Of a DNA stretch of 54,214 nt, positions 19,529-28,843 are shown in pieces; the first letter of the stretch is position 1; every line of letters starts with the position of its first letter. The stretch comes from Thermoplasmatota archaeon (GTDB taxonomy: Archaea; Thermoplasmatota; E2; JACPAO01; JAHFTW01). The position numbers and the translations under genes are program-made. A model generated the notes under the pieces. That model was not told where the DNA came from. It ran no database searches and saw only the letters and a list, made by a program, of their open reading frames with translations. The stretch is taken from the NCBI GenBank assembly GCA_041601615.1, contig JBFIHX010000017.1, positions 1 through 54,214 on the forward strand, written 5' to 3'.

Positions 19529-20492
19529 TTCGGCCGTGCAGGTGGGTGCTGCGGGGGCAGGGGCGGCGGGTTCGTTGGTGGGCGCGGAGGGCCACGATTC
19601 GGACATTGTGGTGCATCATGCGCGGCCGACGGTGTTCGTGCAGTTCTCGTTGCGTCTCTATGGTCCCGTGGCGCGTCGGCGCATCGACCGTCACCCGGGA
19701 TTGGGTCAGAAGTTGGCAAAGGCCGCCGACCCCATTGTTCCCATCGCGTACCTTGCAAGCGTCTACCTCCGCGTGACGATTGCGGCACTGATGGGGGTGC
19801 TTTTGTTTCTCATTGTGTTGGTGGTGACGGGAGGAGAGGGCTCGCCGAGGGCGATGGTGGGGACCTTGCTTGCGGCGCCCATTTTTGGCATCATCACGTA
19901 CAGTTATTTTCTGCTCAAGCCCGATTTGGAGGCTTCGAGTCGGCGGCGCGACCTGGAAAGCCATTTGCCGTATGCCCTGAATTTTCTGGCGGCACTTGCT
20001 TCGGCGGGTGTGGTGCCGGACGAGTTGTTCGGGGCGCTTGGAAAGCAACCAGTGTATGGTCAAGTAGCTCGTGAGGCGTCGATGATTCACCGGGACACGA
20101 AGTTGTTTTCCAAGGACATGGTGCGTGCCATGGCGGATGCCGGCCGGCGCAGCCCGAGCAAACAATTTGAGGAATTTTTGACAGGGGCCGTGAGCACGGT
20201 TACGAGCGGCGGCGACCTGAAGACGTACTTTTTGGCCAAGGCGGAGCACTTTACGGCGGAAAACCACCGCAAGCAGAAGGCGTTCTTGGAGTCCATGGGC
20301 GTCATGGCGGAGAGCTACGTCGTGGTGGCGGCGGCCGCGCCGTTGTTTTTGATTGTCATTTTGAGTGTCATGATGCTGTTGTCTTCGGACAGCTCGGACC
20401 CGACGTTCTTTCTGAACATCATTATTCTAGGTGCTCTGCCCGTGATTCATGGCGCCTTCATCTACATCCTGCGTACCATGAGGGCTGACTGA
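19518..20492 (+). CDS. Type II secretion system F-family (TadC/FlaJ-like) membrane platform protein
   Basis: LPYALNFLAALASAG, SPSKQFEEFL, FLESMGVMAESY; GTG start after GGAGGGG. Confidence 0.88.
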   Translation: MPSDSAVQVGAAGAGAAGSLVGAEGHDSDIVVHHARPTVFVQFSLRLYGPVARRRIDRHPGLGQKLAKAADPIVPIAYLASVYLRVTIAALMGVLLFLIVLVVTGGEGSPRAMVGTLLAAPIFGIITYSYFLLKPDLEASSRRRDLESHLPYALNFLAALASAGVVPDELFGALGKQPVYGQVAREASMIHRDTKLFSKDMVRAMADAGRRSPSKQFEEFLTGAVSTVTSGGDLKTYFLAKAEHFTAENHRKQKAFLESMGVMAESYVVVAAAAPLFLIVILSVMMLLSSDSSDPTFFLNIIILGALPVIHGAFIYILRTMRAD

Positions 20493-22318
20493 TGAGCGAC
20501 AAGGCGGATCCATTCGACATGCGCCCGCTATGGGCCATCGCAGGTGCGGCGTTGCTTGCGGGCATGGCGTCAAGTGTGCTGCATGGGGCGGGTCGCAGTT
20601 TTGGCCAATTGATGATTTTGGCGCTGGCTGTTGCCATGAGCGTCTATGTGGGGCGCCGTACGGTGCGGTTGGAGGACCTGGGCGCTCTTGGCGGCTCTGG
20701 GTACGATGAGGATGTTCCGTCCACCACGCTCGTGAAAGTGCTGCACGGAGTCATCACTACGATTTACAACATTGGCCTCATGGTTGTGGTGTATGCGTTC
20801 CTGGTGCGCATCAAGCTCCTAAAAACGGAGTTTGACCCCGCGTTGGTGCAGGCGTTCCCGTTCTTCCTGGGGCTCCTAGTGCTGCTTCTGGCCCTTGCGG
20901 TTGGGCTCTCTGTGCGCGCCCGGGGCGGCATTCTTGTCACTTGGTACACGCGAGTGCATGGATGGGTCCTGGCGGTCACCGCGGCCCTCGTTGGGCTTGG
21001 TGGCTTGGTGTTGGTGTTTGATCCAGTCCTGACCGTGGGCAGCAGTGTTTTGCTTGTCTCTACGGACCTTCCGGTGCTTGTCACCATTGGCCTTCTGGGT
21101 GTTTCCACGCAGATGTTCTTGGCGGCACGCTTGCCGACGACGCTCGAATTGGTCAACAACGTCGTGCATGCAATTCGCCAGCAACGCAAGGGGGCAAAGG
21201 CGGTCGCTCCGGCCGCAACACCTCCGATTGTGTACGCTGGCGCCATCGCGATTGGTCTGGCCATCATGGCGTCGTTTGTGGCAAGCCAGTTCCAGCTCTT
21301 GGACAAGTTTGGTGGATTCAGAGACGATCGGGCGGTCTACATCATTGCCGTGGTGCCGCTTACTTTGGCGATTTTTTTCTTGACGAGTGCAATTGGCATT
21401 TGGAGAGAGGGGCGGCGCGGGCTCTATACCAAGAAAATCACCACGAAGCTGCGCAACGATATCCTCGTGTACGGCTTCAGCAGCATCGCGGGGTTGTTTT
21501 TCATGATTCTTTTGACGCTGAATTTGTCCGGCGATTTGGACCGCCTTGGGTCGTTTAGTCAGGGGCGCGACGTGGCCAAGGACCTCACGGCGTTGACGAT
21601 TCTTGCCACGACTGGTCCGATTGGCGTGTACTTGCATCGTCAAATTCAGCGCGTGGACGCCATCGAAGGGCGCATGCCGGACTTTCTCAATGATTTGGCC
21701 GAGAGCCGGCGGGCGGGCCTGACACTATCCAACGCGCTTCAAGCGGCCAGCCGCACGGATTATGGCGCGCTGAGTCCTGAAATTAAGAAGATGGCGACAC
21801 AAGTGGCGTGGGGCGTTCCCTTCAACGATGCCCTCTCGCAATTTGCCGACCGCGTCAAGACCAACCTCGTGCGGCGTAGTGTCCAGCTCATCATTGAGGC
21901 AAGCCGCACCGGGGGCAGCATCACGCAGATTCTCAAGGCGAGTGCTCGCGACGCACACGAATTGAAGAGCCTGGAAGCGGACCGGCGCGTCACGATGATG
22001 ACGTTCCTGATTGTCATTTACGTGGTGTTTTTCGTGTTCATCGTGGTGCTGGCCAGTTTGGATGTGCAGTTTATTCCGCAGGTGCTCGCGGCGAGTGCGG
22101 CCACCGCGGAGTCCAACATCGGTCTTGATGTGGGGCCAAGCATCGACGCGGAAGCGATCAATTTCATTTACTTCAATGCGGCCATGGTGCAAGCCATCGG
22201 CAATGGTCTCGTGGGCGGGGTGTTGGCAGAGGGTCGCGTCACGGCGGGCTTCCGGCACGTTGCTTTCATGACGTTTTGTTCCTGGGTGGCGTTCCGGTTC
22301 TTGCTTGCCGGCCTGTAG
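20492..22318 (+). CDS. Second T2SS F-family protein with extended polytopic N-terminus
   Basis: MPDFLNDLAESRRAG, DYGALSPE, WGVPF, EASRTGG; ~9 extra N-terminal TM segments. Confidence 0.85.
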   Translation: MSDKADPFDMRPLWAIAGAALLAGMASSVLHGAGRSFGQLMILALAVAMSVYVGRRTVRLEDLGALGGSGYDEDVPSTTLVKVLHGVITTIYNIGLMVVVYAFLVRIKLLKTEFDPALVQAFPFFLGLLVLLLALAVGLSVRARGGILVTWYTRVHGWVLAVTAALVGLGGLVLVFDPVLTVGSSVLLVSTDLPVLVTIGLLGVSTQMFLAARLPTTLELVNNVVHAIRQQRKGAKAVAPAATPPIVYAGAIAIGLAIMASFVASQFQLLDKFGGFRDDRAVYIIAVVPLTLAIFFLTSAIGIWREGRRGLYTKKITTKLRNDILVYGFSSIAGLFFMILLTLNLSGDLDRLGSFSQGRDVAKDLTALTILATTGPIGVYLHRQIQRVDAIEGRMPDFLNDLAESRRAGLTLSNALQAASRTDYGALSPEIKKMATQVAWGVPFNDALSQFADRVKTNLVRRSVQLIIEASRTGGSITQILKASARDAHELKSLEADRRVTMMTFLIVIYVVFFVFIVVLASLDVQFIPQVLAASAATAESNIGLDVGPSIDAEAINFIYFNAAMVQAIGNGLVGGVLAEGRVTAGFRHVAFMTFCSWVAFRFLLAGL

Positions 22319-22430
22319 CGTCCCTTGGGTCGGCGGCGGATGTGCGGAAGGTCCCACGGCGGGGCGGGGCAAGTTGGACTGGGGCGAGGTGGGCCGGGGC
22401 GAGTTGGGTTGGAGTGGAGCGTGGGTCCTT

Positions 22431-23249
22431 TCAGGCTAGGCTTTGGTCGCAGAAGCGGCGCCTGGCGCATCCTCGACAGCGGCCAATGTGCTCATGGTCT
22501 CGGTCGGCGCGGCCCTCGGAATGTGCCTGCACCATTCGAGACAGCGCGTAGCGAAGTTCGGTTTTGACGTCCTCGTTCCAGTAGATTTTGAACACGCCCT
22601 CTGGGTACGTCAAAAGCCCGTGGCCTGCAAGAGGCGCGCCGTTGGCCTCCAGCAACCGCAGGTAGCACGCAAGTTGCAAGCGGTGGCTGGCAAACGGCTC
22701 TCGCGGGGTCTGCCCGGTCTTGACTTCTACCGGGACGAACCCTTTCTCGGTCTTCACCACATAGTCGGGCTTGCCAGAGAGGCCCCATTCCGGGTCGTGC
22801 AGTGGATGGCCACCAAGCCACGCCTCCTCGGTCACTTCGCCATCAACGAAGCCATGCTCGTCGCGCAGCCGGTCCACGTCGCGCCTTGCATTCATGGCAA
22901 TGGCCAGCAGCGCCGCAGAAAGACTCGTCAGCAAGAGGGCCGTCAGCAAAAACGCCCAGTGCAGCGGGTGGGCCCGCAAATACAGCAATTCCAGTGTCAA
23001 GAACGTGACACTGCCCGAGGCCATCAAGATGCGGAAACTCCACCTCATGCCGTCGTTGTACTCGCGCCGCCGCCGCTCCATCACCTGCTGCGCTTCCTGC
23101 ATGTGCCGGCGCTCATCCACGCCGCGTTCGCTGGCTTCATCATGGGCATCTTGGCCCTGTTTTGCAAGCCACCAGTTGTGTGCACAATAGGCGAACTGCT
23201 CCACTTCTCCTGCGGACGGCACACTTCGGCGATTGCCGGTGTCCCTCAT
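22431..23249 (-). CDS. cas4: Solo Cas4-like RecB-family nuclease with inserted TM hairpin
   Basis: FAYC...GKPDYV, VEVKTG, QLACY, C-terminal CRGCARRRFC (four Fe-S Cys); two hydrophobic helices after the first Cys; no CRISPR array or other cas genes in window. Confidence 0.82.
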   Translation of the reverse strand: MRDTGNRRSVPSAGEVEQFAYCAHNWWLAKQGQDAHDEASERGVDERRHMQEAQQVMERRRREYNDGMRWSFRILMASGSVTFLTLELLYLRAHPLHWAFLLTALLLTSLSAALLAIAMNARRDVDRLRDEHGFVDGEVTEEAWLGGHPLHDPEWGLSGKPDYVVKTEKGFVPVEVKTGQTPREPFASHRLQLACYLRLLEANGAPLAGHGLLTYPEGVFKIYWNEDVKTELRYALSRMVQAHSEGRADRDHEHIGRCRGCARRRFCDQSLA

Positions 23250-23389
23250 AGCTATGGCCTATGGGGCTCCAATGCGAGTCCAACCAAACGGTGCGCCGTT
23301 CTTCACGAGAAAGGGCCGATAATATTTCGTCCTAAAGAATGGAATTATGCGGCGAAAATCGCATCGGCGGACGCCCGACGCCGCTCGAG

Positions 23390-23403
23390 TAAGTTTATAT
23401 ATG
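23390..23403 (+). promoter_or_regulatory. TATA box upstream of major pilin
   Basis: TAAGTTTATATATG ~50 nt upstream of ATG, plus RBS GGGAGG at ~23436. Confidence 0.65.
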
Positions 23404-23448
23404 CACCAAACCGAGTCAGGGGGGCCCTGTTAGCAGGGAGGAACTACC

Positions 23449-23838
23449 ATGAAGGCCAACCAATCGTTCAAGACCAGCGACGATGCCGTATCCCCCGTGA
23501 TCGGCGTTATCCTGATGGTCGCCATCACTGTCGTGCTGGCTGCCGTCGTATTCGTACTCGTAAGTGACCTCGGCTCCGGCGGCGAATCCGCCCCCCAGAT
23601 CAGCTTCACGAAGAGCTCCGGAGCCAGCAGCTCCACGGACCTGACCGTGACCAAGGTCACCAACGGCCCCGTTGCCTGGGGTGACCTCACCGTCACCTGC
23701 GCCGGCGGCTCCGCAACGATCTCCTCTTCCGGCGCCAACGTTGGCGCTGGCAACGTGATCAACTGCGACTCGGCGACCACCAAGGTGACCATCGTCCACA
23801 ACCCGACTGAGACGCTGATCTACTCGCAGAACCTGTAA
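23449..23838 (+). CDS. Archaeal type IV pilin, probable major pilin
   Basis: DDA|VSPVIGVILMVAITVVLAAVV; strongly C-ending codons; own promoter and terminator. Confidence 0.93.
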   Translation: MKANQSFKTSDDAVSPVIGVILMVAITVVLAAVVFVLVSDLGSGGESAPQISFTKSSGASSSTDLTVTKVTNGPVAWGDLTVTCAGGSATISSSGANVGAGNVINCDSATTKVTIVHNPTETLIYSQNL

Positions 23839-23856
23839 GGCTCCTGGCCTTCCGCC

Positions 23857-23881
23857 TCTTCCCTTCCCTCCTTCCCTTTTT
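23857..23881 (+). terminator. Pyrimidine-rich oligo-T terminator
   Basis: TCTTCCCTTCCCTCCTTCCCTTTTT after pilin stop. Confidence 0.6.
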
Positions 23882-23905
23882 GAACCTCGCCCCCGGTCGC
23901 CCCTT

Positions 23906-25669
23906 GTGAACGACGCGCAAGGGGCCTGGACCCTGCCCGAGGTGGCCCTGCTCGTCTTTGGCAGCCTGCTCCTGTTGTGGCAGCCTACGTTCTTTCTCAA
24001 TGACGAATTGGCCCAAGCACTTGGCTTGCGGACCCTTGCCGGCGGCTCGATGGTCACCGAATTCGTTCCCCTCTCGTACCAGGGGTATTTTGGGAGCCTG
24101 TTTGGGCAATATTCCTTGCAGGACGTCCTGTATGGTGATGTGGTCCTGGCTGGCTCCTGGATGGAGAACATCCTGGCGCTGCCTGTCCGGTTCCTACTGG
24201 CCGGGCTCTCTGCCCCCTTTGGCCTCGGCGCGGCTCTTGGGCTCGTCGCAGGCGCAGGCATCGGCGCTGCCGCTTGGGTGCTCACGCGAAGACGGATGCG
24301 CCCGGAGCGCGCCACGTGGCTCGGACTCGGGATTGCGGCCGTGCTTGCCTTGGGTGCCCCGCGTCAGGTCGCTTCGCAATTTTTGGATGTAGCTGCGCTG
24401 CAACTCGTTACCTTTGCCGCCACCGCTTTTGCCGCCGCGCTCTGGTGGCACATGCTTCGGCCCCAAGGTCCCCGTTTGGCTTGGTTCGGGGCTTTGCTTC
24501 TCGTGGCGGGCACGCCGATGATGTTCTGGGCGTTCCAAATCAAATACCACGGACTTGCGCTTGCGCTCAGCTCCATGGCAATCTGGTGCTACCGAGAAGG
24601 CGCCTCCACCCCGCCGCTGCGCACCCTGGCCGCCGCTGGCGTTGTGGGGCTCGCAGTCTGGAACCATCAACCCAGTGGGCTGTTCTTGGGCGCGGCTCTC
24701 CTCGTAGCGGCGCTGCCTGCCGTGCGCCATCCCGGCTTCTGGGCCAAGGCAGGCGCGGGCGGCGGCGGCGTACTTTTTGGCATCGTTCCCTGGTGGCTGC
24801 AAGGCTGGGCGACTCGGAAATCCTTGCGCATAGCCGCCGCCGAGGGGACGTCCGGCGCGGTTGGTGCCTCCGGTGGGCCCAGCAGCGAGTTCCTTCCCGG
24901 AGCGACCTACGCAGGCGATTCGGTGGTGTACGGCGGCTTTCTGGACCACGCCGTCTGGAACGACCCTCTGGGCGCCCTCGGCGCGCTGTGGCAGACCTAC
25001 GTCTGGACGGACTGGTTCCAGGTCGGCGCGGCGCTCTCGGTGCTCCCATGGGCACCCTGGACGATTCTGGCGGTCGTCACCCTTGCCCGCTGCGACCTTC
25101 GCGCCCGCGTGCCGCTGTGGCCCGCCGCCGTGTTCATCGCCCTAGCCATGCCCTTGGTTGTCGGAGAGCGCCTCTTGGACATGGGCGCCGGCTTCGACAT
25201 GCGACACGCCGTCACGGTGTGGCCCTGGCTCGTATTGTTGAGCTGGCCCGCCCTCGCCCATCTGCTTCGCGCCCGCCCCACCCGATGGTGGACGGAACAA
25301 GCCGTCGTTGCCGCCGTGGTCGGCATGAGCCTACTGCTCCTGGTCAATTTGCTCTGGCACAAGAGCACCGGCTTGGATTTGGTGCAGAAAGGCTTCAGCT
25401 TCGAGGGCACCTGGCTGCACCGAACCGCTGGAATCACGCTCGCCGCCGCACTCACTGCCGCGATGGCCGCCGTCCGTTGGAGGGGGTCTCGTTGGAGCAA
25501 CGCACGGGACCGCGTCCTCGCATGGTCGCTTGCCTCCTCGCTCACGTTTGGCACCTGGCTTCGCCTCGCAGCCGCCGCCCCCGAATTCGAACATCAATCT
25601 GCGCCTTTTGTCGTGTGGCCAACCAGAATCCTTGCCGCCGCCTTGCGCTGGATGGGCTACTCCTACTAG
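23906..25669 (+). CDS. Polytopic membrane protein, possibly GT-C fold glycosyltransferase
   Basis: >10 TM helices; LNDE motif in first external loop; located between two pilins. Confidence 0.55.
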   Translation: MNDAQGAWTLPEVALLVFGSLLLLWQPTFFLNDELAQALGLRTLAGGSMVTEFVPLSYQGYFGSLFGQYSLQDVLYGDVVLAGSWMENILALPVRFLLAGLSAPFGLGAALGLVAGAGIGAAAWVLTRRRMRPERATWLGLGIAAVLALGAPRQVASQFLDVAALQLVTFAATAFAAALWWHMLRPQGPRLAWFGALLLVAGTPMMFWAFQIKYHGLALALSSMAIWCYREGASTPPLRTLAAAGVVGLAVWNHQPSGLFLGAALLVAALPAVRHPGFWAKAGAGGGGVLFGIVPWWLQGWATRKSLRIAAAEGTSGAVGASGGPSSEFLPGATYAGDSVVYGGFLDHAVWNDPLGALGALWQTYVWTDWFQVGAALSVLPWAPWTILAVVTLARCDLRARVPLWPAAVFIALAMPLVVGERLLDMGAGFDMRHAVTVWPWLVLLSWPALAHLLRARPTRWWTEQAVVAAVVGMSLLLLVNLLWHKSTGLDLVQKGFSFEGTWLHRTAGITLAAALTAAMAAVRWRGSRWSNARDRVLAWSLASSLTFGTWLRLAAAAPEFEHQSAPFVVWPTRILAAALRWMGYSY

Positions 25670-25774
25670 CAAAATGGGGCAAAATCGGGTCGGAAAGGGG
25701 CTTTGGGACAAGGGCCTTTTTGGAACAACCGGCAGGGCCTTGCACCCACGGCCATCTGGGGAACCATGGGCCCT

Positions 25775-26149
25775 ATGGACCAAGAAGCAGTCGCCCCAAC
25801 CATCGGCACTGTTTTGATGGTCTCGATCACGATGATTTTGGCCGCAGGCGTATTCATGGTGGTTCAGTCCAACAACAAGGAAATTCCAGAGCCCCCGCAT
25901 GTCTCGTTCCTGGCTGATTACACCGGGGCCGGCGGCATCCTAACGGTCTCGGCCGTGGACGCGGACCGCGGCGAAGCGGAGTGGGATCGCGTCTCCATCG
26001 GACCTTCCAGCACCGCATCCTGCACGCTGCCCACGGGCTCGATTCGCGCTGGCAACGAAGTTGTCTGCACCACCGAGGGCCACCTCACCCTCTCCTACAT
26101 CCTTGGAGTCGGCGACAGCACCATCTTGTGGGACGGCGAAATTCGCTAG
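25775..26149 (+). CDS. Archaeal type IV pilin
   Basis: QEA|VAPTIGTVLMVSITMILAAGV; alternative start 25766. Confidence 0.88.
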   Translation: MDQEAVAPTIGTVLMVSITMILAAGVFMVVQSNNKEIPEPPHVSFLADYTGAGGILTVSAVDADRGEAEWDRVSIGPSSTASCTLPTGSIRAGNEVVCTTEGHLTLSYILGVGDSTILWDGEIR

Positions 26150-26151
26150 TC

Positions 26152-26841
26152 TCAGGACGGATGCCGCATCTGGATGCCACGATCGGACAACTCGCGCTTG
26201 GTGCGAGCACCGAGCCACAGACCCAGCGCAAAGCCACTCAAGTGCGCGAAGTTGCCGATGCCACCTTGGCCGTAGCCCAGTGCCCCGAGCACGTCCAGCG
26301 CAACGAACAACGTGCCTGCGAGCCAGAACTGCAACGGAATGATGCCGTACAGCAGCACCTTGGCGCGGGGCATGATCATCACGAGGGCACCGAACACCAT
26401 GTTGATGGCTCCCGAGGCACCGAGCGCCAGTCCAGGCTGGAGTGCTACTTGCAGGATGCCGCTGATGGCGCCTGCGGCCACGAACAGCAGAACAAACCGC
26501 CGGGTGCCAAGCAGCCGCTCCAAGTGGGGCCCGAAAAAGTAGAGCACAAGGCCATTGACGAAGATGTGCCAGAAGCCGCCGTGGCTGAATGTGCTCGTAA
26601 TCAGCGTCCAAGGCGACAGCCACCAGGTCGGGTTGATGGGGAAAATGCGGTCGTGCAACGCCACGCCGTATAACGAAGAAACAGCAATCTGGAGCACAAA
26701 CGCGATGCCCATCGTGGCCATCAGACCGTAGGTGCCCATGGGCCGCCACGCGGGATTGGTGAGGCGTGCAGGCACGCCTGTCGCCGGCTGGCTTGGATAC
26801 CCTGCGTCGGGGCGTTCCCAGACACGCTCGTGGATGGCCAC
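26152..26841 (-). CDS. Rhomboid intramembrane serine protease
   Basis: FSHGGFWHIFVN, GASG, AHLSG. Confidence 0.93.
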   Translation of the reverse strand: MAIHERVWERPDAGYPSQPATGVPARLTNPAWRPMGTYGLMATMGIAFVLQIAVSSLYGVALHDRIFPINPTWWLSPWTLITSTFSHGGFWHIFVNGLVLYFFGPHLERLLGTRRFVLLFVAAGAISGILQVALQPGLALGASGAINMVFGALVMIMPRAKVLLYGIIPLQFWLAGTLFVALDVLGALGYGQGGIGNFAHLSGFALGLWLGARTKRELSDRGIQMRHPS

Positions 26842-26915
26842 GGGCTCGCCAAGTGCCGCTCGTTCAAAAGCCGCCGCCCCACGGAGCCAAAAGGTCCATC
26901 AAGAACGTGCACGCA

Positions 26916-27278
26916 ATGGGCTTCGTGGACGAGTACCGTTTCCTGCATTTCCCGGCGGACGCGGTGCACGTTGATCCCTTGGAATTTGCACGATTGCCTG
27001 AATCCGCGCAGCGGATTTTTCAAGCCGTTCGGGACCACGGGCCCGTCACGCACGCCCAACTGCGCGACACGACAGAAATGCCACCTCGGACCATCCGATT
27101 CGCCGTCAAGCGGCTGCGCGAAAGCGGCTTGCTCGATGCCCGATGCAGCTTGCGTGACTGCCGCACGTGCTACTTCTTCGTCCACAAGCGTTGCGTCGGC
27201 ATTGAGGCCTTGGAGCGGATGCGCGTCGAGGCGGAAGCATTGGCCGAGCGCGGCGAAATCACCCTCGAAGCCATGTAA
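26916..27278 (+). CDS. MarR-like winged HTH regulator
   Basis: LPESAQRIF..GPVT..LR..MPPRTIRFAVKRL..GLL. Confidence 0.8.
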   Translation: MGFVDEYRFLHFPADAVHVDPLEFARLPESAQRIFQAVRDHGPVTHAQLRDTTEMPPRTIRFAVKRLRESGLLDARCSLRDCRTCYFFVHKRCVGIEALERMRVEAEALAERGEITLEAM

Positions 27279-27431
27279 AGCCGGGCACCCCTCCTTTGGG
27301 GCCCCAGTTCCTTAAGGCCCGAGGGATGGATTCGCAGGGCGAATTTTTGTCGATTTTGGAGCCCCTGAGCCCATGCGTCCCCTCGTATCAGCCCAAACAA
27401 TCAAGAGCAGGCGCGTCAAATGGGGAATGGT

Positions 27432-27869
27432 ATGTTGGTGATCGAAACCGCGCGTTCCTCCGAACTTGGGGATTTGGTGCGCATGGCCAGTGGGTCCCTT
27501 GAGGGCCTCAATCCGGAGAAGTTTGCCCAAGCGTGCGTGGAGGACACGTGCATGGTCGCCCGCGAGACCCGCAGCGGTCGCATTCTTGGCTTTGCTGTTG
27601 CCCGCCGCGAGGAACCGTGCGAGGGCCACATTATGGCCATCGCCGTGGATCCCCTGCATCGCGGGGAGGGCGTCGGTTCTGCGCTGCTTTCCGGTGTACG
27701 CGATGTGATGTTGCGCACCGGAGCCTTCAGGCTCAGCCTGGAAGTGCGAAGCGACAACAGAGTCGCCCGCGACTTCTACATCAGGCATGGCTTTCGCCCT
27801 GAAGGCCTGCATCCCGGAGCCTTCCCCGACGGACAGGATGCCGTTTCGTACGGCAAACCGATCCGCTAG
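27432..27869 (+). CDS. GNAT N-acetyltransferase (RimI/Ard1-like)
   Basis: HIMAIAVDPLHRGEGVGSALL, LEVRSDN, FYIRHGF. Confidence 0.9.
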   Translation: MLVIETARSSELGDLVRMASGSLEGLNPEKFAQACVEDTCMVARETRSGRILGFAVARREEPCEGHIMAIAVDPLHRGEGVGSALLSGVRDVMLRTGAFRLSLEVRSDNRVARDFYIRHGFRPEGLHPGAFPDGQDAVSYGKPIR

Positions 27870-27870
27870 G

Positions 27871-28239
27871 TTAGTGGCGTAGGGCGGCCAGGGCAAACGC
27901 TGGGAGGTGTCCCGTAGGAGCGGCCGGTTCGGCGACTGCCGCGACCTTCTTTTCCGACGGGGGGTCGATGACGCTGCCGCCGGCAGCAAGCCGCAGGAAG
28001 CGGTCGCGCAGGCGGGTTCGGTTTTCGGGGTTGTCCATCATCACGACCTCAGAGAGGCCTTTTCCCAACAGAAAGACGGCCTTTTTGTGGTCCGTCTTGC
28101 TTTTGTGGATATGTTGGGGAGAAACGTTGATGGATTCATATTCTCCGAATTCGTCGTTCAGCGGCAGGTTCGCATCCTCCAGATAGCGCTTCACCTGGCA
28201 CAGTAGGCTGTGCAGCTGTAGTAGCTCGTCCTTGTGCAT
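27871..28239 (-). CDS. UPF0058 family protein
   Basis: MHKDELLQLH...SPQHIHKSKTDHKKAVFLL. Confidence 0.88.
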   Translation of the reverse strand: MHKDELLQLHSLLCQVKRYLEDANLPLNDEFGEYESINVSPQHIHKSKTDHKKAVFLLGKGLSEVVMMDNPENRTRLRDRFLRLAAGGSVIDPPSEKKVAAVAEPAAPTGHLPAFALAALRH

Positions 28240-28431
28240 CCCATTGATGGAAACCAAACCGGGAAATATATACGTTGGCCGAGAAATCCCCAGGAAGGAA
28301 CCCGTTTTTGCGTAACAACGGGAATATGGGGCATTATGGATTTTCGCCAGAGGTGAATGAAACCATCCCGCGAGGTGAAGTGCTCCACTCGTCCGGCAGA
28401 AAGGTTAGAGCACCCACTTCAATTTGGAAAA

Positions 28432-28704
28432 ATGGAATTTTCCACGCGTGGCCTCGCGGTCCTCGCCGTAACCGGCCTCATCGCGCTGACACTTGCTCCC
28501 TCCGCCCACGCGCAGGTCCCGCTGCCGCCAACAACTCCCCGCGTGTCGCTTGACTGCCCCACGTTCTACTTCACCATCCTCGTCTGGCTTGATGATTGCA
28601 AATCTCCAACCGAGATCGAAGAATGGCCCACCTGGGTCGGTGACATGGATATCTGGCTGCGCTGTGAAATTCTTGGTGGGGCTGCCTGCACCTTGCACAA
28701 GTGA
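28432..28704 (+). CDS. Small secreted Cys-containing protein
   Basis: Signal peptide ending AHA; 4 Cys in mature part. Confidence 0.65.
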   Translation: MEFSTRGLAVLAVTGLIALTLAPSAHAQVPLPPTTPRVSLDCPTFYFTILVWLDDCKSPTEIEEWPTWVGDMDIWLRCEILGGAACTLHK

Positions 28705-28843
28705 TCAAAGTGAACGTCCGCTCCAAGAAGCCCCCGGAGCCCTCAGAAGCCGCTTCGTGCCTGCGCTTGCGCTACGAGGGGTCCGGGGGCCTTGGCCTTC
28801 CACGGCGCCTCTGAGGCGTGCCTGGCGCGGGGTCGCTGCTTGC

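Noticed and set aside
17669-22318. Archaellum (fla/arl) operon
   Set aside because: No archaellin-type N-termini or FlaF/G-like genes; the pilins are of the AVSPVIG type.
22318-23449. CRISPR array or cas operon near cas4
   Set aside because: No regularly spaced repeats and no cas1/cas2 or effector genes seen anywhere in the window.
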